A stretch of DNA of 64,000 nucleotides, taken from assembly GCA_026936335.1 (NCBI GenBank), contig JAPMXV010000003.1, forward strand, positions 248,001 through 312,000, written 5' to 3'. Shown piece by piece: positions 10,385 through 21,264 of this stretch; the first letter of the stretch is position 1; the number at the start of each line of letters is the position of its first letter. A program made the position numbers and the translations under genes. Origin of the DNA: Mantamonas sphyraenae STR306 (lineage: Eukaryota > Protista > CRuMs). The notes beneath the pieces are model-generated. The model did not search any database, was not told the origin of the DNA, and saw nothing but the letters and a program-made list of their open reading frames with translations.

Positions 10385-13300
10385 ATGGCGACAAAGACTT
10401 CACAGAACAAACTCACGCTGCAGAAGTTGGTCACCGACTTTTCCTCTGCGGTGAACTATGTCATTCCGACCTCGCTGCCTGTGCGTTGTGCTTCCGTGGT
10501 TTGCCTTCTCAAGGCCCCTTCCCTCCCACGTCTCCCTCGTGCCTCCCAGCTCCTCTCCAAGATTCCTGCCCAATCCTCCGCTGACACCCTTTCGGGTCCC
10601 TACCACAGCGGGTGACCCCAAAGAAGGAGTACGAGTCTCCGTTCACGTATGCAGACATCAATGACGCCGATCTGGACCTGTTGGTCAAGCGGATTGGCCG
10701 CAAAGGTGTCAAGCTGAGCAAAGAGGTGCGTGCGCGTTGGACGGACGAAAACGGAACACACCGCCACCTCCCCCCCTCCCCTCCCCTTGTGTGTCCCTCC
10801 ATGCTGACCCCAGCTGCGGATGCACGTGTCCACACGCTCCATGTGCCATTGTGGCATGCCACCCTCCACAGGATCAGGAGCTGTACCGCCATGCACTGGG
10901 CTGCATCCTTTCGCCGTTCTTTGACGAAGACTACCAGCCGGAAGACATCACGCTGCTGGACCTGAAGAAGATGGGCAAGGATCTGGAAAAGACGTGGAAA
11001 GGGGTGGAGAAGGGTGTGGGTGTAGGATGGAAGTTCATTGTGGACCAGGCCAACCAAGCCATGCAGGTGAAGATGGACGAGCAGTACAGGGTCACCGAAG
11101 CCCACCTGCCCACCCTCAAACGAGTCATTGAGGAGGAACTCACCGAACTCAAGGTCCTCGGCGACCACAAGAAACCATACGCACGTGCTCTCACCGCCTA
11201 CGTCAAACTCATCGACTCGGATCCCCAGGAGATCATTGGCAGCAGCAACGACGACCAAACAGCGTCGTCGTCGTCATCCTCCTCCTCCTCCTCCTCCTCC
11301 TCTTCCACAGCCACGACGACCACCACCACAGACGCAAGTGCAAAGGGTAAAGAAAGCACCAGCAAAGAGAAAGAGGGCACGGAGGCATCGCCTGCGAAGG
11401 GTGGCAAAGGAAAGGGCAGCGGCAAGGGCAAGGGCAAGAAGAAGCGAGGCGGAGGCAATACGTTGGCAGAGACACTACGTGATCCCAAGCTGGGGCTGGA
11501 TCCACTCAACACGGGCTGGTTGGACCTGATTGTGCCCAAGGTCGAAGGAGTGTCGCTGTCCGAGGCCCAAGCTGTGTTTGGTGAGCAACACGACAAGGTG
11601 GCCACCAAGGCAGAGAAGCGTCTGGGCCTGCGTGTGGATGACATGGAACGCTTCCGCCAACTGCTGTTGCGATCCTTCAACGCCACCGCAGAAATGAGAC
11701 AAAAGACAACGGACATGCTGCGGCTGGCATTCAAGATGGGCGAGCGGCAACACGGCAAGATCTTGACGGAAATGGAAAAGACCAAAGGCCGCGAGTTTCT
11801 GGAGTTGGAGCTGGCGGTGCGGTTCCAGTACGTGGACACACACCCGTACTACAATCGGGGCAACTTTGAGGACAAGGAGACGTTTGAGGTGTGGAAGAAG
11901 CGGGAGCAGCTGAAGCTGATGAAGCAGATCAACCGCCTGCGCTTCGACCAGCTCAAGGTGTTGCCCGAACCCAACACAAAGCCAGAGAACTTCCTTGCCT
12001 CCATCCACAGGTTGGATCTGCAGGAGGACTTTGTGGACTGTGTCGGGGTGCTGTTTGTGCAGATTGTGGAGGCGCGTGACCTGATGCCTGCAGACAGCAC
12101 GGGCTACTCCGATCCCTACGTGGTGCTCTCGTACGGCGGCCGCACGGTGAAAACCAAGATTGTGAAGCAAAACCTGAATCCGGAGTGGAAGGCCGACTTT
12201 CGGTTTGACATCATGTCGAACAACGCAGTGATCGACCTCACCGTGTGGGACTGGGACGCATTTTCCTTTGACGACTTTCTGGGCACCGCACACATCAACG
12301 TGGCAGATCTGCCTCGGCAGGAGGAGGCCGACGTGTGGCTGGAGCTTGGACGACGCAACGATCACAGCGACGAAGGGATCACGGGCAAGGTGCGTGCCAA
12401 GTGCACGTACGTCTCCAACGCACAGACCCTCTCGCTGCCCGACCACCACCGCAACCTGGAACGCCTCATGGCCAAGCTGATCCGATTGCAAAACACACGA
12501 CGCAATGTGTCGCTGGAGGCGGGGACGGAGGATGCGTTCAAGCAGATGATGGTGGACGGGTTGGACACGCTGGAGGACACCACCCAGGACACGTCGAGCA
12601 GTGGAGAAGGGGACGAGTCAACCAGTGTCAAGGTGTATGGACCGTTGACACGTGTGTCCCACTACCTGCTGGACGTGTACGCCACTCGCTTCTCCGTGTA
12701 CCCGCCCTTCCAGGACATTGTGTTTCTGGACTTTCTCACGGAATCGTTTGACGACACGGAGGAACTCATGTTGTTGGCGGTGGTGACCATCAATGACATC
12801 CTGCGCCAGATGAAGGAGCAGGAGGAGGGTCCCTCGGCACGACCCATCACCAAGGCCGAACGCACGCGCTTCAACATGGTGTGCGGCCGTCTCATGTCCC
12901 AGGTCAAACAGCGCATTCTCAACTACAAGGTGTTGTATAAGCCCGAGGATTGGCAAAAGGTGTACTCGCTGGTCGAGCTGTTTGACATCCTGTACCCATT
13001 GTCCGAGGACACCGAACCGAAGAGCCCCAATCCCAACAGCAGCAGCAGCAGCAGCAACAGTAGCAGCAGTGGAGGAGGGGGAGGAGGTGATCAGCAACAA
13101 CAGGCAGCGCCTCCCATGGACAAACACGACGTGTTGCGAGAGATGGTGCGTCTGGGCACGGAGAAGCGTGCGGCGTTCCTGTTGAACTGTGCACAACAGA
13201 GCCAGGGCCTGGAGTTGGCAGAGAACAGATACAACGCAGCCGAATTGTTGGAACTGATGCAGAGCATTCTCATCGACATTGCCGCGGACGACGAGTACTT

Positions 13301-15005
13301 TGTGCGCGCCTTTCCGTACTCGTTGGGTCTGCTCAATGTGGTGGGCGACGTGTACCGCGGGGCCGTGCAGGAACACGTGGGTCGCTACGCACGCGAGTTT
13401 GCCTTTGACGGCGCCGACGGACCCGTGGACGCCTCTGTGTTCCAGCTGTACCGCATGGTGCGGCAGTTCAACGAACTGAGCGTGTCCACGGAAATCGACG
13501 CCGAGAAGATGTTTGAACCGTTTGTGCGTCTGTTTGTCGTCCAGGCCTCCTCCGAGATCTGCAACATGGTGGACACGTCCATTCGCGAGGATGGATTCAA
13601 GCCCCTGTCCCCGGAGAATTGGTACAGCAACGCCGTGACGGACATGTTTTCCTTCTTCCACCAGTTTTTCGAGGTGACACTGGGGCTGGAGTGGCCGCGG
13701 GAGCAGTTTGGACCCATTGTGCTGCAGTATGCACTGGTCATCACCGAGGTGCTGCTGGACTACGTGAAAAAGGTGGTGGCCTCGTTTGACGCATTTGTGC
13801 TGGACGAGGGCTCGTCGCAGGTGATGTGCGTGGAGCGTGCGGAGCTGGGCGCCAAGCTGGCCATGTTGTACAAGGAGACGTACAACCTGGAAGATGCACT
13901 GGCCAAGGTGGGCAACACGGCGGTGCAGCGGGTGGCGTTGGATGTGACCAGCCTCGGGTGTCGCATCAACAATCTCAACCAGGCACGCGTGCTGCTTGTC
14001 TCCTTCCTGGACACTCTGGAAGCCAATGTGGACAACGAACAGACTGCAGAGTTTATGCGCATGCAGATCAGCGTGGCCCTGAGCGAACTCAAGGTGGGTC
14101 GTGACAAGATCCTGGAACGCATGGTCGACTTGACCACAACGCACGTTCGCAAACTGGTGTGGAACATGCTGAGCTACACACCCCTCGAGCCCAAGGGTCT
14201 GTTTTCCAAGCTGAAGAAGGAGGAGGGTGGCAAAAGCGAGAGCAGCAGCAGCAGCAGCAGCGGCAGCAGCGGCAGTTTCCTTGGCTTTGGCAAGAAGAAA
14301 GACAACACGCCAAAGAAGGAGGCACCCAAGAGCAAAAAGAGCGGGTTGTTTGGGTTCCTGCACAAGAACGATGTGGAGGTGGTGGCAGCGCCGGCGGCAC
14401 CGCAGGCAAGCAGCGGTAGCAGCAGCAAGAACAAGGCAATGCAGGAGGAGGAATTGTGGGAAGAAGTGTCGTCGGATGACATTGTGGAGCTGATGGGACC
14501 GCTGCTGGATTACTACGTGGCGGTGATCAACCTGATGGACGAGGTTCTGGACGCTGCCATGTTCAGCAAGGCATTGCGACAGCTGTGGAAGACACTGGTG
14601 GGTGTGTTTGAGGAGTTGGTGTTCATGCGAGGCAGCAACGCACGTCCGTTGAACCCGCGTCAACGGCGGGTGATCATGGGTGCGTTCAGTCAGAACGAAA
14701 GCCTGCCCAAGTTCTTCCAGACAGCACGTGGGCATGGCCTGTCGGAGAGGAATACGTTGGACGACCAGTCACGCATTGTGACGGTGACGAGTCTGTTGGA
14801 AGCAAGCACCCCGTCGCTGATCAGCGAGTACAACCGTCTGAGCGAAGACCAGCTGCTGACCACGGGTCAGGAAATCCTGCGTGTGTTGGACCAGCGTGTG
14901 GGTGACAAAAAGGCCCATTCGTTTGTGGAGCAGCGTGCAGCTGAGCATGCCAACATCGCAGCATCCAAGATCCAAACCACCATGCTTGGCCGACGCAAGG
15001 GATGA
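10385..15005 (+). CDS. Munc13/Unc-13-like protein with a C2 domain and a MUN (MHD1/MHD2) region; 3 exons
   Basis: Ca-binding-type C2 domain (LFVQIVEARDLMPADSTGYSDPYV..VWDWDAFSFDDFLG); MHD1-like SIREDGFKPLSPENWYSNAVTDMF and CRINNL; MHD2-like PLLDYY..LRQLWKTLV. Two short introns near the 5' end. Confidence 0.8.
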
Positions 15006-15102
15006 CACCAACCACAACAATGGGTGTTGTTGGGGGGTGAGTGGAGGTAGGGATGGGGGTGAGTGTGGTGCGTGGGTGTGAACACATCAATCAAGAACAC
15101 GG

Positions 15103-17498
15103 ATGGCAAGTGTTCCTGAAACGGTGCGCGTGGTGGAAACGCTGGGGATCAAGTTGGAGGACAGTGGCGATGCTCTGTTCAACCCCATGGCTGTGTCGAC
15201 GTTGCACGAAATCATGATGGCACTGCTTAAGCGGATAGACGGCCCCACGGCCAAATCTGTGGGCAGTTCCTTGCACAGCTTTGTCGTGCAGCGGCAACGG
15301 CAACGGCTGCAGGAGCGCAGGCAGGGCACCGATCCAAGCGAGGCCCGTGAGCTCGAGGAGGCGTTTGAGAATGTGTATCTACGCCTGCTGGCAAAGCAGT
15401 TGGGGGTAGGTGGAATGCAGAGGGCGAGTGTGAACGAGTCACCCGCTTGGCGCGCGTTTCCCGCGCGCACACACACTCACACATGGCACAGAACCTGAAA
15501 GTGGAAGCAGAAGGAGACGAAGTGACGGCCAGAAGACTGCGAGATGAGGTGGACACACGGTGTGCAGTGATCCAAACGTTGTACGCGAGGGGCAAGAGCA
15601 AGTCGGGCGGGAACAAGAAGAAAAAGGCCACAAAGGGCAAGAAGAGCATCGACGGCAAAGGCAAGAGTAAACGAGGAGGTGATTCTATGGGCGGGGGTGA
15701 CACAGAAGGGGTGGGGAGTAGCCAGAGTACGGCAGCAGCGAGTGTGGTGGCGTCGTTGTTGTCGACGTCGTCACCCTCACACAGCAGCTCAAACACAAGC
15801 GCACGCATACGCAAGGGGAAGGCGGGAACTGGCGGAGGGGGAATGACAGGCACAGGGAAAGGCACAGGGAAGCAACAACGGGTGCATTGGGATGACAGTG
15901 TGAGTGCGGGGGGTGCAAGGGATGAGGTGGAAGAGGCACAGGGAGGCAGGAGCAGAATGAGCATGAGCACAGGGGGCAGTGCACGTGCTCCAAAGGAACT
16001 TGTGGACGATGGGATGATGGAGTATGCAGGGAGGGACAGGCGTGCGTTGGAGGCGGAGATTGACGAGTTGCGAAGCGAGAACGATGCACTGCGCAAAGCG
16101 TACGAGGAACTGCAGGCGGAACACATGGCACTGTTGACAGTGAAGAAGCACACAGGCACGTCTGAGGATTTGTCGCGTCGTCTGATGACCCTAAAGTCGC
16201 AGAATGTGCAGCTTCAGAAGCATGCGGCCAATGTGAATCGGGCGATGGAGTCGAGGCGTCGGCTGGAGGCAGAGATGCGGCGGACGCTGGACGGCCTTCA
16301 GGCAGAGTTTGCGGCGTGCATGCGGCGCAGTCGACAGGAAGTGGAGGCAAGCGGGGGTGGGGTGGGCCCAAGCCATGTGATGTTGGACAAAGGGGTGATC
16401 GAGGCGTTTGAGGCGAGTTTGGAGCGAATCGAGCGTGTGAAGCGAGGGGAACGCAACGCACAGGCGGCGGCAGAGGAACAGGTGTACCGTGTGGTGAGCA
16501 ACATGTCGTTGTGGAATGGAGGGAGTGAGGCACAGGCAGGTGTGGATGGAGTGATGATGGCGGAACTGAAGATGATGGATGTGCTGAGTGGACAGGCAGT
16601 GGCGGAACACGGTGTGTTGAACTTTGATCACATCCACCAGTTGGACGCAGATCTGGCAGCGTTGCAACACATGCTGATCCGTCTGCAAACGGCACTGGGA
16701 GGGTGGTTGGGTGCGGATCCGTCGCTGATGCTGCTGTATGAACGGGACAGGCTGCAACAACAGTTGGCAGAGGTGTGCTATGGGGTACAACGGTGCTCCG
16801 ACGACATGTTGACGCTGAGCATGTTTGTGCCCAGCAGTCGACAGGTGCGCAGTCGGCTGGCAAGTGGAAGCACAAAGCGGATGCGTGAGCGTCTGGAGCT
16901 GCCCAGCGTGACCCAGTTCCTGGACATGTTGCCCGAGTTTGGGGGTGGGTCGGCGGGACGACGCAAGGGCAAACGGGCGGTGGAGTGGCTGATGGGACGT
17001 TTCCACGCGTTGTTGCGTATTGCGATGGGCCGCATCTCGGTGATGGGGGAGGAATTGGGCCACTTTCGAGACAACCACGAACTGCAAACACTGAGTGTGT
17101 GCAACCTGCTGGACCAATTCCAACAGATCTTTGAGTTGCAACAGCATGCGATGAACCAGAACGTGCTGCAACCCCTGTCGCTGATCATGGAGGAGTACGA
17201 ACGACTGAGCGAACGTGCGTCGGAATCGAACCTAAGTGCTTTTCTGGATGCGTTTCGCATGCATGCACCCGTGTTGCAACAGGCCGTGGATGACATCATG
17301 CACATGGGAGTGCCTCCGCTGGACAGCGAACGCGCAAGCGCAGGCTACAGGCTATGGGAGAAGCTGGAGGCAGCAAAACGAGAGGTGGAGGTGCAGATGG
17401 AGGAGCGCATGGCCCTGTTGGAACAGTTGCAGGAGGAGGAGGCAGCGTTGAATCGCAGCGGGGATGGATTGCGGGATGCGGGCCAAGATTCTGAATAA
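15103..17498 (+). CDS. Uncharacterised coiled-coil protein; intron ~15406-15492
   Basis: GTAGGT..CAG intron joins two ORFs in frame; long heptad-rich helical segments (LEAEIDELRSENDALRKAYEELQ, RRLMTLKSQNVQLQK). Confidence 0.7.
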
Positions 17499-17517
17499 TA
17501 GACCGGTGGCCACTTGC

Positions 17518-18909
17518 ATGAGCACACGGTGGGCCGACGTGGCGGCAAGCAGTGCGAATGAAAGGGGACGTGGAGATGGGTCTGTGCAGGAGGAGGGAGG
17601 GGTTGGCGGAGGTGGACGGAAGCGGAGGCGGAGGCGTGGACGGGGGGGCCGTGGCAAAAAGGACAGCGGAGAGGAGCAGATGGCACAACAGGGGCAGGAC
17701 ACAGGAGGTAGTGATGGCACAGGGAAAAGAGAAGGAGGTGGTGTTGGCAAGAGCAAGGTGAACCCATCGTGGCCGAGTGTAGGCGCGGAAGCGGAACGGG
17801 TTGCGCAGAAGGGCAAGCAACAACGGGGCAGCAGCGAGAAGGGAGGCAAAGGAACGATAGGGAATAACAATGGACAGAAGAAAGGGTTCCAGAGTGCAGC
17901 CAAGGATGAAATGACACTGTGGGATCGGATAGAGATTCGCGATGAGAGTGGAGAGCGGAGTAAGAAGGGCAAAAAGGGGGCCAGGGGCAAACGGAACGGT
18001 GCCAGCGGTCCTGCAAAGGCGTGGGAGGCACACCTGACTGCACAGTACAACCCAAGGAACATCAAAGCCAAACCAAGTGGAGGAGCTGGGGAAAGGGGCC
18101 AAGAGATGCGTGGAAAGGGACGGGAAGGGGGCAAGAAGAAGCGACCGAGTGCCCTGAAGAAAGAGATCATGAAGGAGCGTGAAGCAGAGGGAAACGGTAA
18201 TGTCGATGGCGATGGCGATGGTGATAATGATAATGATGATGATGATGATGAGGAGGAGGTGGTGGTGGAGGATGTGGGCAAACGGGCAGGACAAAAGAGC
18301 AGCAAGGTGCGTGAGTATTGTTACCACATGATGGACAAGGAACTGAACGAGGTGACACACAGGCTGTTGAGTGAGCTGCTTGTGTTTCAACAGCGGCTGA
18401 AGGAGCGTACGCCGATGAAGTATGCGCGTCTGAAGCGGCTGGTGGTGGGGTTCCGAGAGGTGCGACGTGGCTTGCGTCACAACGAGTTGAAGGCGGTGGT
18501 GATGGCATGTGACATTGAACCGTTGCAAAGCATGGACGACGTTGTGCGTGAGGTGATGCTGAGCTGTGCCGAGAAGGAAATCCCAGTGGTGTGTGGGCTT
18601 CGACGGCGACGCCTCAGCACCATTTTCCATCGCAAGGACGCCAAGGTGAGTGTGGTGGGTATCCAAAGCGCAGACGGTGCCTACGACGCTTTCAAACACA
18701 TGCTGGCATTGCAAGCAAACGCACGCGCGGTTTATTTGGACAGGTTTGGCGAGTCTGCCTTCTTTGCCCCTTCCTCCTCCTCCTCCTCCTCCTCTTCCTC
18801 CACATTGGCTGGCAAAGGTGGAGACGGGGACGAGGAGGAGGACGACGATGCAAAGGAGACTGCGGAAGTGCTCGTGGTGGACTCTGTGGACGCTGTGGAT
18901 GATTCCTGA
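17518..18909 (+). CDS. SECISBP2: SECIS-binding protein 2 (L7Ae RNA-binding domain), selenocysteine insertion factor
   Basis: K-rich SID motif KKKRPSALKKEIMKERE, then VREYCYHMMDKELNEVTHRLLSELLVFQQRL..RLVVGFREV and an L7Ae core. These match SBP2 (KKPTSLKKIILKER / RDYCSQ..RRLVLGLREV). Confidence 0.9.
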   Translation: MSTRWADVAASSANERGRGDGSVQEEGGVGGGGRKRRRRRGRGGRGKKDSGEEQMAQQGQDTGGSDGTGKREGGGVGKSKVNPSWPSVGAEAERVAQKGKQQRGSSEKGGKGTIGNNNGQKKGFQSAAKDEMTLWDRIEIRDESGERSKKGKKGARGKRNGASGPAKAWEAHLTAQYNPRNIKAKPSGGAGERGQEMRGKGREGGKKKRPSALKKEIMKEREAEGNGNVDGDGDGDNDNDDDDDEEEVVVEDVGKRAGQKSSKVREYCYHMMDKELNEVTHRLLSELLVFQQRLKERTPMKYARLKRLVVGFREVRRGLRHNELKAVVMACDIEPLQSMDDVVREVMLSCAEKEIPVVCGLRRRRLSTIFHRKDAKVSVVGIQSADGAYDAFKHMLALQANARAVYLDRFGESAFFAPSSSSSSSSSSTLAGKGGDGDEEEDDDAKETAEVLVVDSVDAVDDS

Positions 18910-20051
18910 TGGGGATCATCGGTGGTTGTTCGTTGCCGCTTTGCGTCAGCGCCGTTGGGTGTGGATGATGATTGGGAGGATTGGGATGCACTGCTGTCAG
19001 GCTGCTTGCGTTTGGGAGTGGGAGCGGGAATGGACAGTGGCTCCTGATGGAGGGATTGGCGATCGACGACGTCGTAGTGCGACGGTAGGCGGTTGGGCAA
19101 CCAGACGTGGATGTCCGGGAATTCGATAATGTACAGATGGGCAAGTGCCTGAGTCAACGAGTGACTTGTGTCGATGCCAACGTACTTGGGTTGGTTGGCA
19201 GGCTGTTTCTCAGCACGGTACACCAGGGTGAGTTGCTCAGCAGGGGTCTGGCGATGGACCTTGAGTACCTGTTGATCGTGATACGAGGCGTGTTGGAGTG
19301 CGTGTTGCACCGCTGCACTCATGCGTGTGTCCTCTGGCACACGTGTGCTGGTCAGTGTGACGACGGCGGAATCATTGTCGTTGTCGTGGTCCTCCTCCTC
19401 CGCTGCCGGGTGATGAAAGTGCCAGCGGACGTGCCACAACAGCTTGTCGCCACGCTTGGTCACTGTGGTGCTGCTCTCGCGTGCCTTTTGCATCCCCTGT
19501 GGCATAAACGCAAGGTGTGTGTGTCTCTGCGCCGCCAATTTGGCCAGTTTCCGTTGGGTGCGTGTCATGGCCGGCGGACCGGATTTTCCCGAACGGGTGC
19601 TGTTCTCCGTGGTGGACGCCGCCGCCGCCGCGGCGGAGGCGTCGCTGCTTCGCTTGGCATTGTCCACAAGACGCAGGGTGTCTTCGAGGAAGCGGTAGTC
19701 ACGCATGAGGTCCTGTTCGGAGTAGTCGTAGCCCGAGACAAAGGTGTGTGGTTTGCGTTTGCCGTCGCATGAGTGTTGCTCCTTGTGCTGGGTGACACAT
19801 GGCAGACTGCAGGTGTGCATGTTGCACCCTGGGCATGTGTACTTGGCCATGGCTTGGTTGCACACCATGCACTTGCCCCTGCGTTGTGCCATGCGACGTT
19901 GCACCTTGCGTGTGGTGTGCTCCTTCAACTCCCTCAACGAACCCATGCGTTGCCTCTCGCCATCCTCACCATCCACACGCGTCTCTGTGCTCAGGTCCAC
20001 CTCTGTGTCGTCTTCGCCCGTAAAGACGTATTCGAGCACCGACGAGGACAT
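18732..20051 (-). CDS. BCD1: Box C/D snoRNA biogenesis protein Bcd1 (zf-HIT, ZNHIT6)
   Basis: zf-HIT CMVC..AKYTCPGCNMHTCSLPCVTQHKEQHSCDGKR, DLMRDYRFLE, MPQGMQKARESST, and C-terminal IIEFPDIHV. Confidence 0.9.
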   Translation of the reverse strand: MSSSVLEYVFTGEDDTEVDLSTETRVDGEDGERQRMGSLRELKEHTTRKVQRRMAQRRGKCMVCNQAMAKYTCPGCNMHTCSLPCVTQHKEQHSCDGKRKPHTFVSGYDYSEQDLMRDYRFLEDTLRLVDNAKRSSDASAAAAAASTTENSTRSGKSGPPAMTRTQRKLAKLAAQRHTHLAFMPQGMQKARESSTTVTKRGDKLLWHVRWHFHHPAAEEEDHDNDNDSAVVTLTSTRVPEDTRMSAAVQHALQHASYHDQQVLKVHRQTPAEQLTLVYRAEKQPANQPKYVGIDTSHSLTQALAHLYIIEFPDIHVWLPNRLPSHYDVVDRQSLHQEPLSIPAPTPKRKQPDSSASQSSQSSSTPNGADAKRQRTTTDDPHQESSTASTESTTSTSAVSFASSSSSSSPSPPLPANVEEEEEEEEEEGAKKADSPNLSK

Positions 20052-20131
20052 GGTGGGACCTGTGGAGCTGTGTGATGTTGTGGTGGTGGCACTGCCCGCG
20101 CGATGTTCACCAACACATACACACACACACC

Positions 20132-21225
20132 ATGGACATTGAGGACACCGGCAATGGCAGTGGAAGGACCCCTGAGGTGACCATTGGGGCTGGGGCTGCC
20201 TTGCAGCTTGCGCAGAGGCGGTTGGACGAAGAGCTGGAACAAGCAAAGTTGATCGGCGGCGCTGCCTCGTCGTCCTCCACCACCAGCAGCGGTGGGACGA
20301 CAGCAGCGGCAGGCAACGGCGGCAGCGTAGCAGGCGCTGCAGGAGGCAAGGAGAAAAGTCCCAAGAAACGGGAATACGGTGTGATCAAGAGGATAGCCGA
20401 CGACAAGTGGCTGTGCTCTTGGGACGACCAAGTGTTTGAGAAGTCCTCCCAGGCCTATGCTCACCTGTATGTGGATATGATCAGGGGGGGTGTGTGGGTG
20501 GGTGGGTGAGAGGGAGGGGGGGAGGGAGGGATGGAATGCGCTGACACTGTCCGTTTGTGTACGCATGTGTGCGTGTGTGTGTGTGTCACAGGCGCAAGTT
20601 GAAGGAACGGCGTGAGGAGGAAGCGAAATTCACACCTCCGCCTCCACTGGCGTCGCTGCGAGCAACCAAGAGCACTGCATTCAAGGCCCCGTCGCCCATG
20701 GAAGGGCGCTCGCGTATTGTGACGATTGCAGGACGTCGCATCAACTACGATGCGTTGACGTCGGAGCAGAGCATGTACGTGCTGTTCCGTCACTGGATGC
20801 GTGACTCGCCTTTCAGCATGGCCAGGCGACCCGACACGGTGGTAAGTGGGAACGAACAATAGAGAGAGAAGGAGAGAGAGAGGGGAGAGAGGGGAGACAG
20901 AGAGGGTGTGTTGTCGTCTGACACACCGACGGGGTAGGGGATGACGTCGTACCCGGTGTTGCCCATGCCTACGTATGCAGAGGCAGAGGCAGATGGGGAG
21001 GAGGAGGAAGAGAGGGAAGCAGAGCGAATGGCAGGAAGGAAACGGAAGCGGGATGACGAGGAGTTGGACAGTGTGTTGGACGAGGAGGAGGGAAGGGACA
21101 CAGAATCGTTGTTGGAAGAGTTGGTCAACGAGGCCAAGGAGGCACGTGCCATGCACAAACGCAAGTACTATCGCAGTCTGCAACCTTTCAAGAAGCGGTT
21201 GGCAGTGTTGGGCATTGAGGTGTGA
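20132..21225 (+). CDS. LIN37: LIN37-like DREAM/MuvB complex subunit; 3 exons
   Basis: IVTIAGRRINYDALTSEQSMYVLFRHWMRDSP resembles the LIN37 core (DRSVDLAQF..LYPICRAWMRNSP); C-terminal helix LLEELVNEAKEARAMHKRKY..KKRLAVL. Two GT-AG introns give a continuous frame. Confidence 0.7.
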
Positions 21226-21264
21226 ACCCTCTGCGCACGCTGGAGCGCACAAAGCAAAAAGGGG

